From a bacterium (lineage in GTDB: Bacteria; Muiribacteriota; UBA6191): a DNA stretch of 30,488 nt. The stretch spans positions 1 to 30,488 of the forward strand of contig JAYZAC010000188.1 in the NCBI GenBank assembly GCA_036339875.1, in the 5' to 3' direction. Made by a program: the position numbers and the translations under genes. Under the pieces are notes generated by a model, which did not search any database, had not been told where the DNA came from, and worked only from the letters and a program-made list of their open reading frames with translations. Every line of letters starts with the position of its first letter. The stretch's first letter is position 1. Shown here piece by piece: positions 1 to 8,231 of this stretch.

Positions 1-1
1 A

Positions 2-151
2 TTTTCTACCGCTGACTACTTTAAATCCATGAATAAGGATTGTTTTTATCCATATGCCAGTATCGTTTTTAATATTAACGACCCCGAGGCTCATTATCAT
101 GTACCACTTTTAATCAGTGGTTTCGGGTTCTCTACCTACCGAGGAAGCTAA
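2..151 (+). CDS. uraH: 5-hydroxyisourate hydrolase (transthyretin-like), 5'-truncated by the window edge
   Basis: Not in the ORF track. Manual translation from position 2: [49 protein letters not shown], with the HYHVPLL motif and the diagnostic C-terminal YRGS; purine-catabolism context. Confidence 0.95.
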   Translation, partial: FSTADYFKSMNKDCFYPYASIVFNINDPEAHYHVPLLISGFGFSTYRGS

Positions 152-153
152 TC

Positions 154-1590
154 ATGACAAGTACTTTTGAAACTTATGATGTTAACTCAATTATATCCAA
201 ACTCAATGAGGCCAATGAGCTCTTTGTAAAGATTTACCCCGGAGAAAGTGCTAATCGTCAACCCGTCCATACAGTCTATGGTGGCGCAAATCTGTTTAAG
301 CACAATACCGCTGAAAAGTTCGGTAAATTATCACAAACAGCATTATATCAGTATGCTCCTAATTTCGTTGTTCTGGCTCACGCTCTAAAATTACCTGGTC
401 ATGAAACACTGCCAGTTACCGAAGCTGAGATATCGCGCCTAGTAGACTCTGTGAGTGAATTAGGGGTGGATCCGAGTAACAAACAAATATGGCTACCGTT
501 TACGGTCTACCGTCAGGTTAAGCAAAAATTAGAATCTGAAGCACTGGAAGATTTTCGAATTGATTTTGAAGATGGATTTGGTAATCGTCCTGATGATGAG
601 GAAGATGCAGTAGCTGTTCAAGCAGCTCGCGAAGTCGCCACTGGCATGCAAAAAGGTACTCTACCCCCTTTTATTGGAATACGCATTAAACCCTTTAACC
701 GTGAAGCAACTGCCCGCGGAGTTCGCACATTAGATATTTTCGTTACTACTCTTTCAGAGTTAACCGGCGGAAAACTTCCTGAAAATTTCGTGGTAACTTT
801 ACCTAAGGTTGAGATACCCGAGCAAGTGGAGGCTTGTGTCGATCTATTCGAAGTTCTTGAAGCCAACACCCAACTCAGTTCAGGCTCCTTAAAAATGGAA
901 ATTATGATTGAAACTACTCAATCAATCATAAACTCAAATGGAGAGGCCACTATCAGAACCCTGGTTAATTCAGCTCGAGGACGCTGCACTGGTGCACATT
1001 TTGGCACCTATGACTACACTGCGTCTTGCGATTTGATCGCTGCGCATCAACTGATGGATAGCCCTGTTTGCGACTTTGCCAGACATGTTATGAAAGTAGC
1101 TCTTATGGGAACCGGTATTTTCATCTCCGATGGAGCCACCAATGTAATGCCCGTTGGGCCTCATAGAGCTTCTGAAGGTAATAGCCTTAACCCGGTTCAG
1201 ATTCAAGAAAATGTTGAAACCGTTCATAAAGCGTGGAAGCTAGACTATGATCATATAATGCATTCCCTAAAGCACGGTTTTTATCAGGGTTGGGATCTAC
1301 ATCCTGCTCAATTGCCAGTTCGCTATGCAGCTTGTTACACATTTTTTCTTGAATCCTATCTTGAATCTGCCACACGTTTAAGAAACTTTGTAGAAAAAGC
1401 TGCTCAAGCAACTTTAAGCGGAGATGTTTTTGACGATGCTGCAACTGGTCAAGGTCTATTAAACTACTTCTTGAGAGCCCTTAACTCCGGCGCAATCTCT
1501 GATAAAGAACTTCAATTAACGTCACTAAGTCTGGCTGAGATCCAGACAAGATCGTTTCTGAAAATTCTGGAAGGTAGATCTAAACTGTAG
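154..1590 (+). CDS. DUF6986-type protein, HpcH/CitE/malate-synthase-like TIM barrel
   Basis: Motifs RQPVHTVYGGA, RIDFEDGFG, TLPKV, IMIET, HFGTYDY, SDGATN, QGWDLHPAQL; starts 2 nt after the uraH stop. Confidence 0.8.
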   Translation: MTSTFETYDVNSIISKLNEANELFVKIYPGESANRQPVHTVYGGANLFKHNTAEKFGKLSQTALYQYAPNFVVLAHALKLPGHETLPVTEAEISRLVDSVSELGVDPSNKQIWLPFTVYRQVKQKLESEALEDFRIDFEDGFGNRPDDEEDAVAVQAAREVATGMQKGTLPPFIGIRIKPFNREATARGVRTLDIFVTTLSELTGGKLPENFVVTLPKVEIPEQVEACVDLFEVLEANTQLSSGSLKMEIMIETTQSIINSNGEATIRTLVNSARGRCTGAHFGTYDYTASCDLIAAHQLMDSPVCDFARHVMKVALMGTGIFISDGATNVMPVGPHRASEGNSLNPVQIQENVETVHKAWKLDYDHIMHSLKHGFYQGWDLHPAQLPVRYAACYTFFLESYLESATRLRNFVEKAAQATLSGDVFDDAATGQGLLNYFLRALNSGAISDKELQLTSLSLAEIQTRSFLKILEGRSKL

Positions 1591-1592
1591 GT

Positions 1593-2723
1593 ATGAATTT
1601 AGAAAGTTTTCGACCAACCCCACGAATTTTAATGGGCCCCGGCCCCAGTGATGTTCACCCCCGAATATTAGAGGCTTTATCGCGTCCTACAATTGGTCAT
1701 CTGGACCCTCAGTTCCAAAAACTGATGTCAGATATTATGCCAATGCTCAGGGAAGTTTTTCAAACCAGCAACAAACTAACTTTTCCCGTCTCCGCGCCAG
1801 GTTCTGCTGGCATGGAAACTTGCTTTGTGAATTTAGTCGAACCCGGCGATAAGGTGATTGTTTGTCAAAATGGAGTCTTTGGCGGAAGAATGAAAGAAAA
1901 TGTTGAGCGCTGTGGTGGTTCTGCTATCCTCGTTGAGTCTCCGTGGGGTAGAGCTGTAGATCCTCAAGAAGTAGAAGCAGCCTTGAAACAGAACCCGGAT
2001 TCTAAAATTTTAGCGTTTGTTCATGCGGAAACGTCAACAGGCGCATTAAGCGATGCTAAAGCGCTATCGAAATTAGCTCATAAATATGATTGCTTATCAA
2101 TTGTAGATACAGTTACCAGTCTTTCAGGCAGTGAACTACTTGTAGACACTTGGGAATTGGATGCCGTTTACTCCGGAACTCAAAAATGTCTTTCCTGTGT
2201 ACCAGGCATATCCCCAGTTACATTTTCTAATCGAGCACAAGAAAAAATCAGACAGCGCAAGCAAAAAGTGCAAAGCTGGTTTCTTGATTTAGGACTAGTC
2301 ATGGCTTACTGGGATGAAAAGAGTAAAAGAACTTATCACCATACTGCACCTGTTAATGCCATGTATGCACTGCATGAATCCTTACTAATGGTTCTTGAAG
2401 AAGGCCTTAAAAATTCTTGGAGTCGACATCTGAAACTTCATAAGGAACTGGTAAGTGGATTAGAATCTCTGGGACTAAAAATGTACGTTCCTCCATCTGA
2501 AAGGGTTCCACAATTAAATACTGTTCTAGTTCCAGAGGATGTTAATGAAGCATTTGTAAGATCTTTTCTATTAAAAGAGTATAATCTTGAAATAGGTGCT
2601 GGTTTAGGCCCCTTAGCTGGTAAAGTTTGGCGAATAGGATTAATGGGCCAAGCTTGTAATCGAAGTAATATCGCACTTTGTATCCATGCACTTGAAGAAG
2701 CGATCAGGAAAAGTCGAGCTTGA
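1593..2723 (+). CDS. Class V PLP aminotransferase, alanine-glyoxylate / PucG-like
   Basis: LMGPGPS, HAETSTG, VDTVTS, SGTQKCLS (PLP lysine), YHHTAP, WRIGLMG; exact substrate inferred only from context. Confidence 0.88.
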   Translation: MNLESFRPTPRILMGPGPSDVHPRILEALSRPTIGHLDPQFQKLMSDIMPMLREVFQTSNKLTFPVSAPGSAGMETCFVNLVEPGDKVIVCQNGVFGGRMKENVERCGGSAILVESPWGRAVDPQEVEAALKQNPDSKILAFVHAETSTGALSDAKALSKLAHKYDCLSIVDTVTSLSGSELLVDTWELDAVYSGTQKCLSCVPGISPVTFSNRAQEKIRQRKQKVQSWFLDLGLVMAYWDEKSKRTYHHTAPVNAMYALHESLLMVLEEGLKNSWSRHLKLHKELVSGLESLGLKMYVPPSERVPQLNTVLVPEDVNEAFVRSFLLKEYNLEIGAGLGPLAGKVWRIGLMGQACNRSNIALCIHALEEAIRKSRA

Positions 2724-2733
2724 GGAGGATTAA

Positions 2734-4971
2734 TTGGAAGCTATACTAGAAGCCTTTAGAATCTTCTTTCGATGGGCCCATGTTCTTTTTGGGATTTTGT
2801 GGATCGGAAACTCATTTTTCTTCAACTGGATGATTAACAGTTTTGAGAAACCTGAGCAAGAAAAAGAGGGTGTAGAAGGCGAGCTTTGGATGCTCCATGG
2901 TGGAGGTTTTTTTCAAGTTGAAAAGAAAAGTCTTGATCCACGTTGGATTCCAAAAATACTGCACTGGTTTAAGTACGAGGCCTACTTCACCTGGCTAACA
3001 GGATTCATTTTGCTTACTTTGGTCTATTACTTGAGTGGAGGAATGTATCTAGTTAAAGACGGTAGCTCCATCCTCCCCTATCAAGCTAGCCTGATTGGAC
3101 TATTTTCACTTATCATTGGATGGCTGATTTACGACCTTCTATGGAGATCCCCGTTAGCAGATGATGAGCCTTTATGTTCACTGATTACGTTTCTGTTCCT
3201 ATGTTTAGAAGCTTACGTATTATGTCAACTTTTCTTAGGTCGAGGAGCGTATATCCATATGGGCGCAATACTCGGCACGATGATGGCAGCTAATGTTTTT
3301 ATTCACATTATTCCTAATCAAAAAATAATGCTAAAAGAAGTTGAAGCTGGTATTCCACATGATCCACTACTAGCAATTCGCGCAAAACAGCGATCTAGGC
3401 ATAATAACTATTTTACATTTCCCGTCATATTTATAATGCTTAGCTCCCATTTCCCGAGCACCTATGGTGTAGAGAATAACTGGTTAATCTTAATCACTGT
3501 GTTCGTTGCTGGTGGTGTAATTAAACATTTCTTAAATATCAAAAATGAATTCAAATATTGGCTAATTGCATCAATTGCAACCCTTCTCAGCGCTATCGTA
3601 TTGATACTAACCATTGTGGCCCCACCGGCTCCAGGTACTTCGCTATGGGTTATTGCTAAAGACTGGTCTCAAATTCTAGGGCGCTTTGCTCATGTTATGG
3701 TTGCTATTCTGTGGATTGGAAATTCCATGTTCTTCACATGGCTAACCTTAAGTTTTCGTCCTCAAAAAACTCCTGAAGATGGAGTAGATGGAGAAGTTTG
3801 GATGCTTCATGGTGGTGGTTTTTTTCATGTCAAGAAAAGACCCCTTGAATCGCGCTTTGTGCCCAAGACACTGCACTGGTTTAAGTGGGAATCTTATACG
3901 ACTTGGCTCACTGGTATGTTTATGATGATCGTGGTGTATTATTCATCAAACGCTATCCTTCTGATGGCACCAGACAGTACTGTCTCCCCTATTTTCGTTA
4001 TCCATCTGGGAATAGTTTCACTGTTCGTGGGCTGGTTACTATATGATTTACTGTGGAGAACACGAATAAGGCATATTCCCGAACTTGGAATCACAATTTC
4101 ACTGCTAGCCTTATCTGCATTTTCACTAGTCTATCTTGAATACTTTTCAACTAGAGGAGCATACATCCACATAGGAGCTCTCCTTGGAACAATAATGGCT
4201 GCAAATGTTTTCTTTCACATCATTCCTGGACAGAAAAAAATGATGTCAGCTGTTGAACGTGGCGAAATACCTGACCCCGCTTGGAGTAAACACGCAAAAA
4301 CACGCTCTATGCACAACCACTATATGACTTTCGCAGTGTTATTCTTTATGCTAAGTAGCCACTTTCCTACAATTCATGGTCATCCTTTGACGGCTATCTG
4401 GATTATTGCAATTCTGATAATAACCGTAGTAATCAAGTATATTCTTAATTTCGAATTACCATGGATGGAGTTATTGAAAGTCGGGGTTGTCGCTCCGATT
4501 GCAGGCTTGTACGCTAGTCTGCATTTTCTAATCAAAGATGATTCTAATCGTCAAGGTATGATACCTGGTATCAGTTCAGGTGACAAAGCAGTCCTTGGTC
4601 TACTCAGCAGCACTTCTTTCATGATTTTGGTTGTCATGAGTGGGGTATTTCAAACGGCTCATCGTAACTATGATCAGACTGACACGCCACTTGCTGTTCA
4701 AATGGTTAGTTCAGCAACAGCATTTAAAATAGTGCAGGCCAGGTGTACCACATGTCATAGCCGTAAGCCAATGGATACAAGTATGCCGGCTCCCGCTGGA
4801 GTTTATTTTGATACTCCCAAAGATATTCAAAAGTTTGCCTCCAGAATCTATGCACGCTCGGTCGCCAGTAAAGCTATGCCAATGGCTAATAAGACAGGCA
4901 TGCTAGATAAAGAACGAGAAATATTGGGCAAATGGATTAATCAAGGCGCTAAGCTGGACCCTCAAAACTAA
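2734..4971 (+). CDS. puuD: PuuD-type membrane urate oxidase with duplicated membrane domain and C-terminal cytochrome c
   Basis: TTG start after GGAGG. Two copies each of R.(A)HV..ILWIGNS, WMLHGGGFF, LHWFK.E.Y.TWLTG, MAANVF, RS.HN.Y.TF; one heme motif CTTCH at 4744-4758. Confidence 0.9.
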   Translation: MEAILEAFRIFFRWAHVLFGILWIGNSFFFNWMINSFEKPEQEKEGVEGELWMLHGGGFFQVEKKSLDPRWIPKILHWFKYEAYFTWLTGFILLTLVYYLSGGMYLVKDGSSILPYQASLIGLFSLIIGWLIYDLLWRSPLADDEPLCSLITFLFLCLEAYVLCQLFLGRGAYIHMGAILGTMMAANVFIHIIPNQKIMLKEVEAGIPHDPLLAIRAKQRSRHNNYFTFPVIFIMLSSHFPSTYGVENNWLILITVFVAGGVIKHFLNIKNEFKYWLIASIATLLSAIVLILTIVAPPAPGTSLWVIAKDWSQILGRFAHVMVAILWIGNSMFFTWLTLSFRPQKTPEDGVDGEVWMLHGGGFFHVKKRPLESRFVPKTLHWFKWESYTTWLTGMFMMIVVYYSSNAILLMAPDSTVSPIFVIHLGIVSLFVGWLLYDLLWRTRIRHIPELGITISLLALSAFSLVYLEYFSTRGAYIHIGALLGTIMAANVFFHIIPGQKKMMSAVERGEIPDPAWSKHAKTRSMHNHYMTFAVLFFMLSSHFPTIHGHPLTAIWIIAILIITVVIKYILNFELPWMELLKVGVVAPIAGLYASLHFLIKDDSNRQGMIPGISSGDKAVLGLLSSTSFMILVVMSGVFQTAHRNYDQTDTPLAVQMVSSATAFKIVQARCTTCHSRKPMDTSMPAPAGVYFDTPKDIQKFASRIYARSVASKAMPMANKTGMLDKEREILGKWINQGAKLDPQN

Positions 4972-4974
4972 GTC

Positions 4975-5547
4975 ATGCAAAAACCTGTCATCCAATGCAT
5001 TCTCGCTGCTGGAGAAAGCCGTAGAATGGGTTCAGTGAAAGCGTTAATTAAATTCCAAAATAAATCATTGATTCAACATCACCTTGAAAGATTCGATGGA
5101 ACTTCAATCGTAGTTCTGGGTTGTCATAGCGATCAGATCTTAGATTCTGTAGAAATCAATGAGTTTGTAAAAAATGATCATTGGAAAAATGGTCAGTTTA
5201 GTTCTATACAAAAAGTTTTGAACCAAGTACCAAAAGGCTTCGATGCATTTGTACTACCAGTGGATCATCTTCCTATCAAAAGATCGACCTACAGTTCACT
5301 AATCGATTCAAGAGTTGAACGTTTTTCAGTAATACAACCATCTAGAAAAGGTGAAAATGGACATCCCGTTTTACTAAGCGAGAAATTTATCCAAGAAATT
5401 TTAAACTGTGATTCAGTAAATAACAGGCTAGATCACTTAATCCATGAACTTCCATTAAAATACAAAATTCAAAAAGAAATTATGGATCCTGCCTGTTATA
5501 AGAATCTCAATTTACCCTCTAGTTTTAGTGAAAGAGTTAGTCTCTAA
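4975..5547 (+). CDS. MocA/YgfJ-like nucleotidyltransferase (molybdenum cofactor cytidylyltransferase-like)
   Basis: ILAAGESRRMG..KAL, N..W..GQFSSI, PVD, GHPVL; C-terminal D.DTP-type motif is diverged (NLNLP). Confidence 0.8.
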   Translation: MQKPVIQCILAAGESRRMGSVKALIKFQNKSLIQHHLERFDGTSIVVLGCHSDQILDSVEINEFVKNDHWKNGQFSSIQKVLNQVPKGFDAFVLPVDHLPIKRSTYSSLIDSRVERFSVIQPSRKGENGHPVLLSEKFIQEILNCDSVNNRLDHLIHELPLKYKIQKEIMDPACYKNLNLPSSFSERVSL

Positions 5548-5549
5548 AT

Positions 5550-8231
5550 ATGTCTAATTTTTCATTTAGCAAATTAATTAAAAACTTCTATACCCTTCTG
5601 ATATCACTCATTATTCTCGTTTTAGGTATTTCCATATACATTAGCTTTGAAGTTAGACACAAACAGTCGCAATTAAAAATAGAGCAAAGCAACTCCCAAA
5701 AAATAGATACTTTAGTACATGGTCTTAAACTACGATACGATGACATCTTAGGAAATCTGAATCTATCAAATAATTCAGCACAATCATCTGCAAAACAAAT
5801 TAGCACATTAAAAGTTCAAGAAAATATCTACTCACTTATCCTGGAGCTTTTGAATAAATTAAATCTTACTGAGAATGATCTACCTTCCAAAATTTCGCTA
5901 CATAAATCCGAATCAAAGACATCGCTCAAACAATTAGACAAATTAGTCAAACTTCTCCAAATTCACAACGAGGCTATTAATGAAGAATTACATAAAAAGC
6001 TTCTTCACCCAGAAGAATTCAAACGACTGAGCAGTAAATTAAAATCAGAAAATAAAAATCGGTTTCAAACGCCTTTTAGGCTTAATGTTTACCAACTAAA
6101 TAAACACTTACACAAAAGACAAGTTGAAAGATTCCAACAACTTTCCAATCGAAGAGAATGGAATGTAGATTTCATCGGCGATTTTAACAATAGATCGATA
6201 ACTCTAAATCGTTTTGATGCTGATTTTATAGATAAATTAGATGGGATGAAAGATGGAGAATATAAACTTAAAACAAAGTTAAGAAGTGGATCGCTTCTAA
6301 CTGTCTATGTAGAACGAGTAACGTGGAGTCTCCCAAATAGTAACAAAGAAAAAAACCAAACTGTACTCAATCATAAATTTAAAATGCGGGATGATATAGA
6401 TCAAAACGTCCTTGACCAGATTGAAGTAGAAAGTCCAATGATTATAGTAGCTTGCTACCTTCTTTCCAAAAAGACTTTTTTTGGAGAAAGCGCACATCCC
6501 TTCTTTAGTGGTGCGGAACTATTTATAAAACAGCTTCGTAATTATGAAAAAGGAGTTGATACAAATCATTTAATGTTTCATACGGCTACGTTTCCACCAA
6601 ATATCAGCGAGTTTAATGCAGATTCTGACCAGGTCTATATTTTTCCCCGAAATGCTATAGTCCTGATGTTAGATAAACCTTGGTTGATGCGCTCTCTGGT
6701 CTCTAATTTTCTTGAACATAAACAATTAGATAATATATATGTTGAATTTAATGATAATGAATCGAACTCAACATTTTATAAATTAAATCACTTCAATAAA
6801 GCTATCTCCTTTAGTAAGCATCAAAATAATGGCAACCTCAAACTTCATTCTGGAGTCTCATGGAATAAAGGCACACCTGTTCATACCATCGAAAAAATTA
6901 ATAATGAAAAGACTGTCTTAACTTCCAAAGTAATCAATTTAGGTTCAAAATTAAAATTTCGCGTATACCTGTGGCAATCAATAGATAGCTTTAATAGCGC
7001 TTTGTACCTTGATTACCTCTGGTTATTTTTGTCATTAGTTATAATTTTTTTAATCGCTAATATCATAAGGAAAAATTGGAATAGACTCCAAGATGACATG
7101 CAGGAGTGCATTAATCTGGTTGTCTCAGATGCTAGGACTTTTAGATCAGCATCTCGGAATGAGCTTAAAATTCTTGCTCAGTCGATAAGCCAGTTTAATC
7201 AACAAGTCAAATGGCGCAAAGAATTTACTCTATTAAAGCGTCGTATTCTTCATGTAATAAATATGCCTAGACTCGAACCTAATCAATATCTTGAAGAATT
7301 AGATTATGCCTGCCGTGATACTGCTGATCGATTTAAATTCAAAATTATATCGCATACTGAAAACTCTCCGTATACGATACAAGTTAAAATCGGAAGTAGC
7401 TGGCAAGAGGAACTAAAAACTTCTGATTCAATCCTTAATTTTCGATTCAATGGACCATTAAGACAACTAGAAATTGAACAATTGAATCATGATTTACTAA
7501 CTTTAGTTCAGCGTGCTGAAATACAAAATCACCTCAGAAAATCAGACCAGCTAGAAGCTGATGTAGAATTGAGCCAAAAACTACAAAGAGTACTAGATCC
7601 AATAACTAATCAGAGTGAACTACTGCCCGATAATATTCTCATAGAGCCGGTGCTAGTTCGTACTAATCAAATGCAATTTGATGCAATGGATCAAATCGTA
7701 ACTAATAAAATGATCAGTATCTATCACATTGACATAAATGATAGAGGTCTTAGCTCGGCTTTACTTTCAACTAGTCTTAAATCAATACTTCATAGTCTTC
7801 TACAGTTCAAACATAAACCATCAGAAACCTTAGTTGAATTTAATGCGATGATCTTAAGTCAAGATATCGTTAATCTATTTGTCAGTTGTGCAGTCTTACA
7901 AATTGATCTTGAGCATAATACATTATGCTTCGCCTCGGCTGGACACGCCGGACTTTGGATGAATGCTGAGAATGAATACACCTGTTTGCATCGCCAAGGT
8001 ATTCCCTTAGGAATACAAACTAAACCGAACTTTGAAGATTGGTCTCAAGCACTAGTTAGAGGAGATTTCTGTTTATTCAACAATAGTATTCACCTAGCGA
8101 ATCAATTGCCTGATCAGCATATCTACAATCAAACAAACGATCTTAAAGATATAACTAATACAATTATGAATAAAGCAAAAGAAGATAATCTTGATTTTGA
8201 TTATTGTGCATGGTTTATAAGGATTTTATGA
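5550..8231 (+). CDS. Membrane protein with large extracytoplasmic region and degenerate SpoIIE/PP2C domain (probable pseudophosphatase)
   Basis: Two hydrophobic segments; C-terminal ASAGH and GIPLGI retained but metal-ligand motifs altered (DINDRG, FNNS). Confidence 0.72.
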   Translation: MSNFSFSKLIKNFYTLLISLIILVLGISIYISFEVRHKQSQLKIEQSNSQKIDTLVHGLKLRYDDILGNLNLSNNSAQSSAKQISTLKVQENIYSLILELLNKLNLTENDLPSKISLHKSESKTSLKQLDKLVKLLQIHNEAINEELHKKLLHPEEFKRLSSKLKSENKNRFQTPFRLNVYQLNKHLHKRQVERFQQLSNRREWNVDFIGDFNNRSITLNRFDADFIDKLDGMKDGEYKLKTKLRSGSLLTVYVERVTWSLPNSNKEKNQTVLNHKFKMRDDIDQNVLDQIEVESPMIIVACYLLSKKTFFGESAHPFFSGAELFIKQLRNYEKGVDTNHLMFHTATFPPNISEFNADSDQVYIFPRNAIVLMLDKPWLMRSLVSNFLEHKQLDNIYVEFNDNESNSTFYKLNHFNKAISFSKHQNNGNLKLHSGVSWNKGTPVHTIEKINNEKTVLTSKVINLGSKLKFRVYLWQSIDSFNSALYLDYLWLFLSLVIIFLIANIIRKNWNRLQDDMQECINLVVSDARTFRSASRNELKILAQSISQFNQQVKWRKEFTLLKRRILHVINMPRLEPNQYLEELDYACRDTADRFKFKIISHTENSPYTIQVKIGSSWQEELKTSDSILNFRFNGPLRQLEIEQLNHDLLTLVQRAEIQNHLRKSDQLEADVELSQKLQRVLDPITNQSELLPDNILIEPVLVRTNQMQFDAMDQIVTNKMISIYHIDINDRGLSSALLSTSLKSILHSLLQFKHKPSETLVEFNAMILSQDIVNLFVSCAVLQIDLEHNTLCFASAGHAGLWMNAENEYTCLHRQGIPLGIQTKPNFEDWSQALVRGDFCLFNNSIHLANQLPDQHIYNQTNDLKDITNTIMNKAKEDNLDFDYCAWFIRIL

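Noticed and set aside
618..1444. Three short minus-strand ORFs (and the other short nested ORFs in the track)
   Set aside because: Lie within well-supported genes on another strand or frame and show no recognisable motifs.
2734..4460. PuuD duplication as an assembly artefact or missed stop between two genes
   Set aside because: The repeats are clearly diverged in nucleotide and protein sequence and are joined by an in-frame Pro-rich linker.
8204..8227. ORF-track start extensions (8204, also 17974, 24573, 29201)
   Set aside because: Downstream ATGs at 8228, 17962, 24555 and 29156 have better RBS spacing or stop-start coupling.
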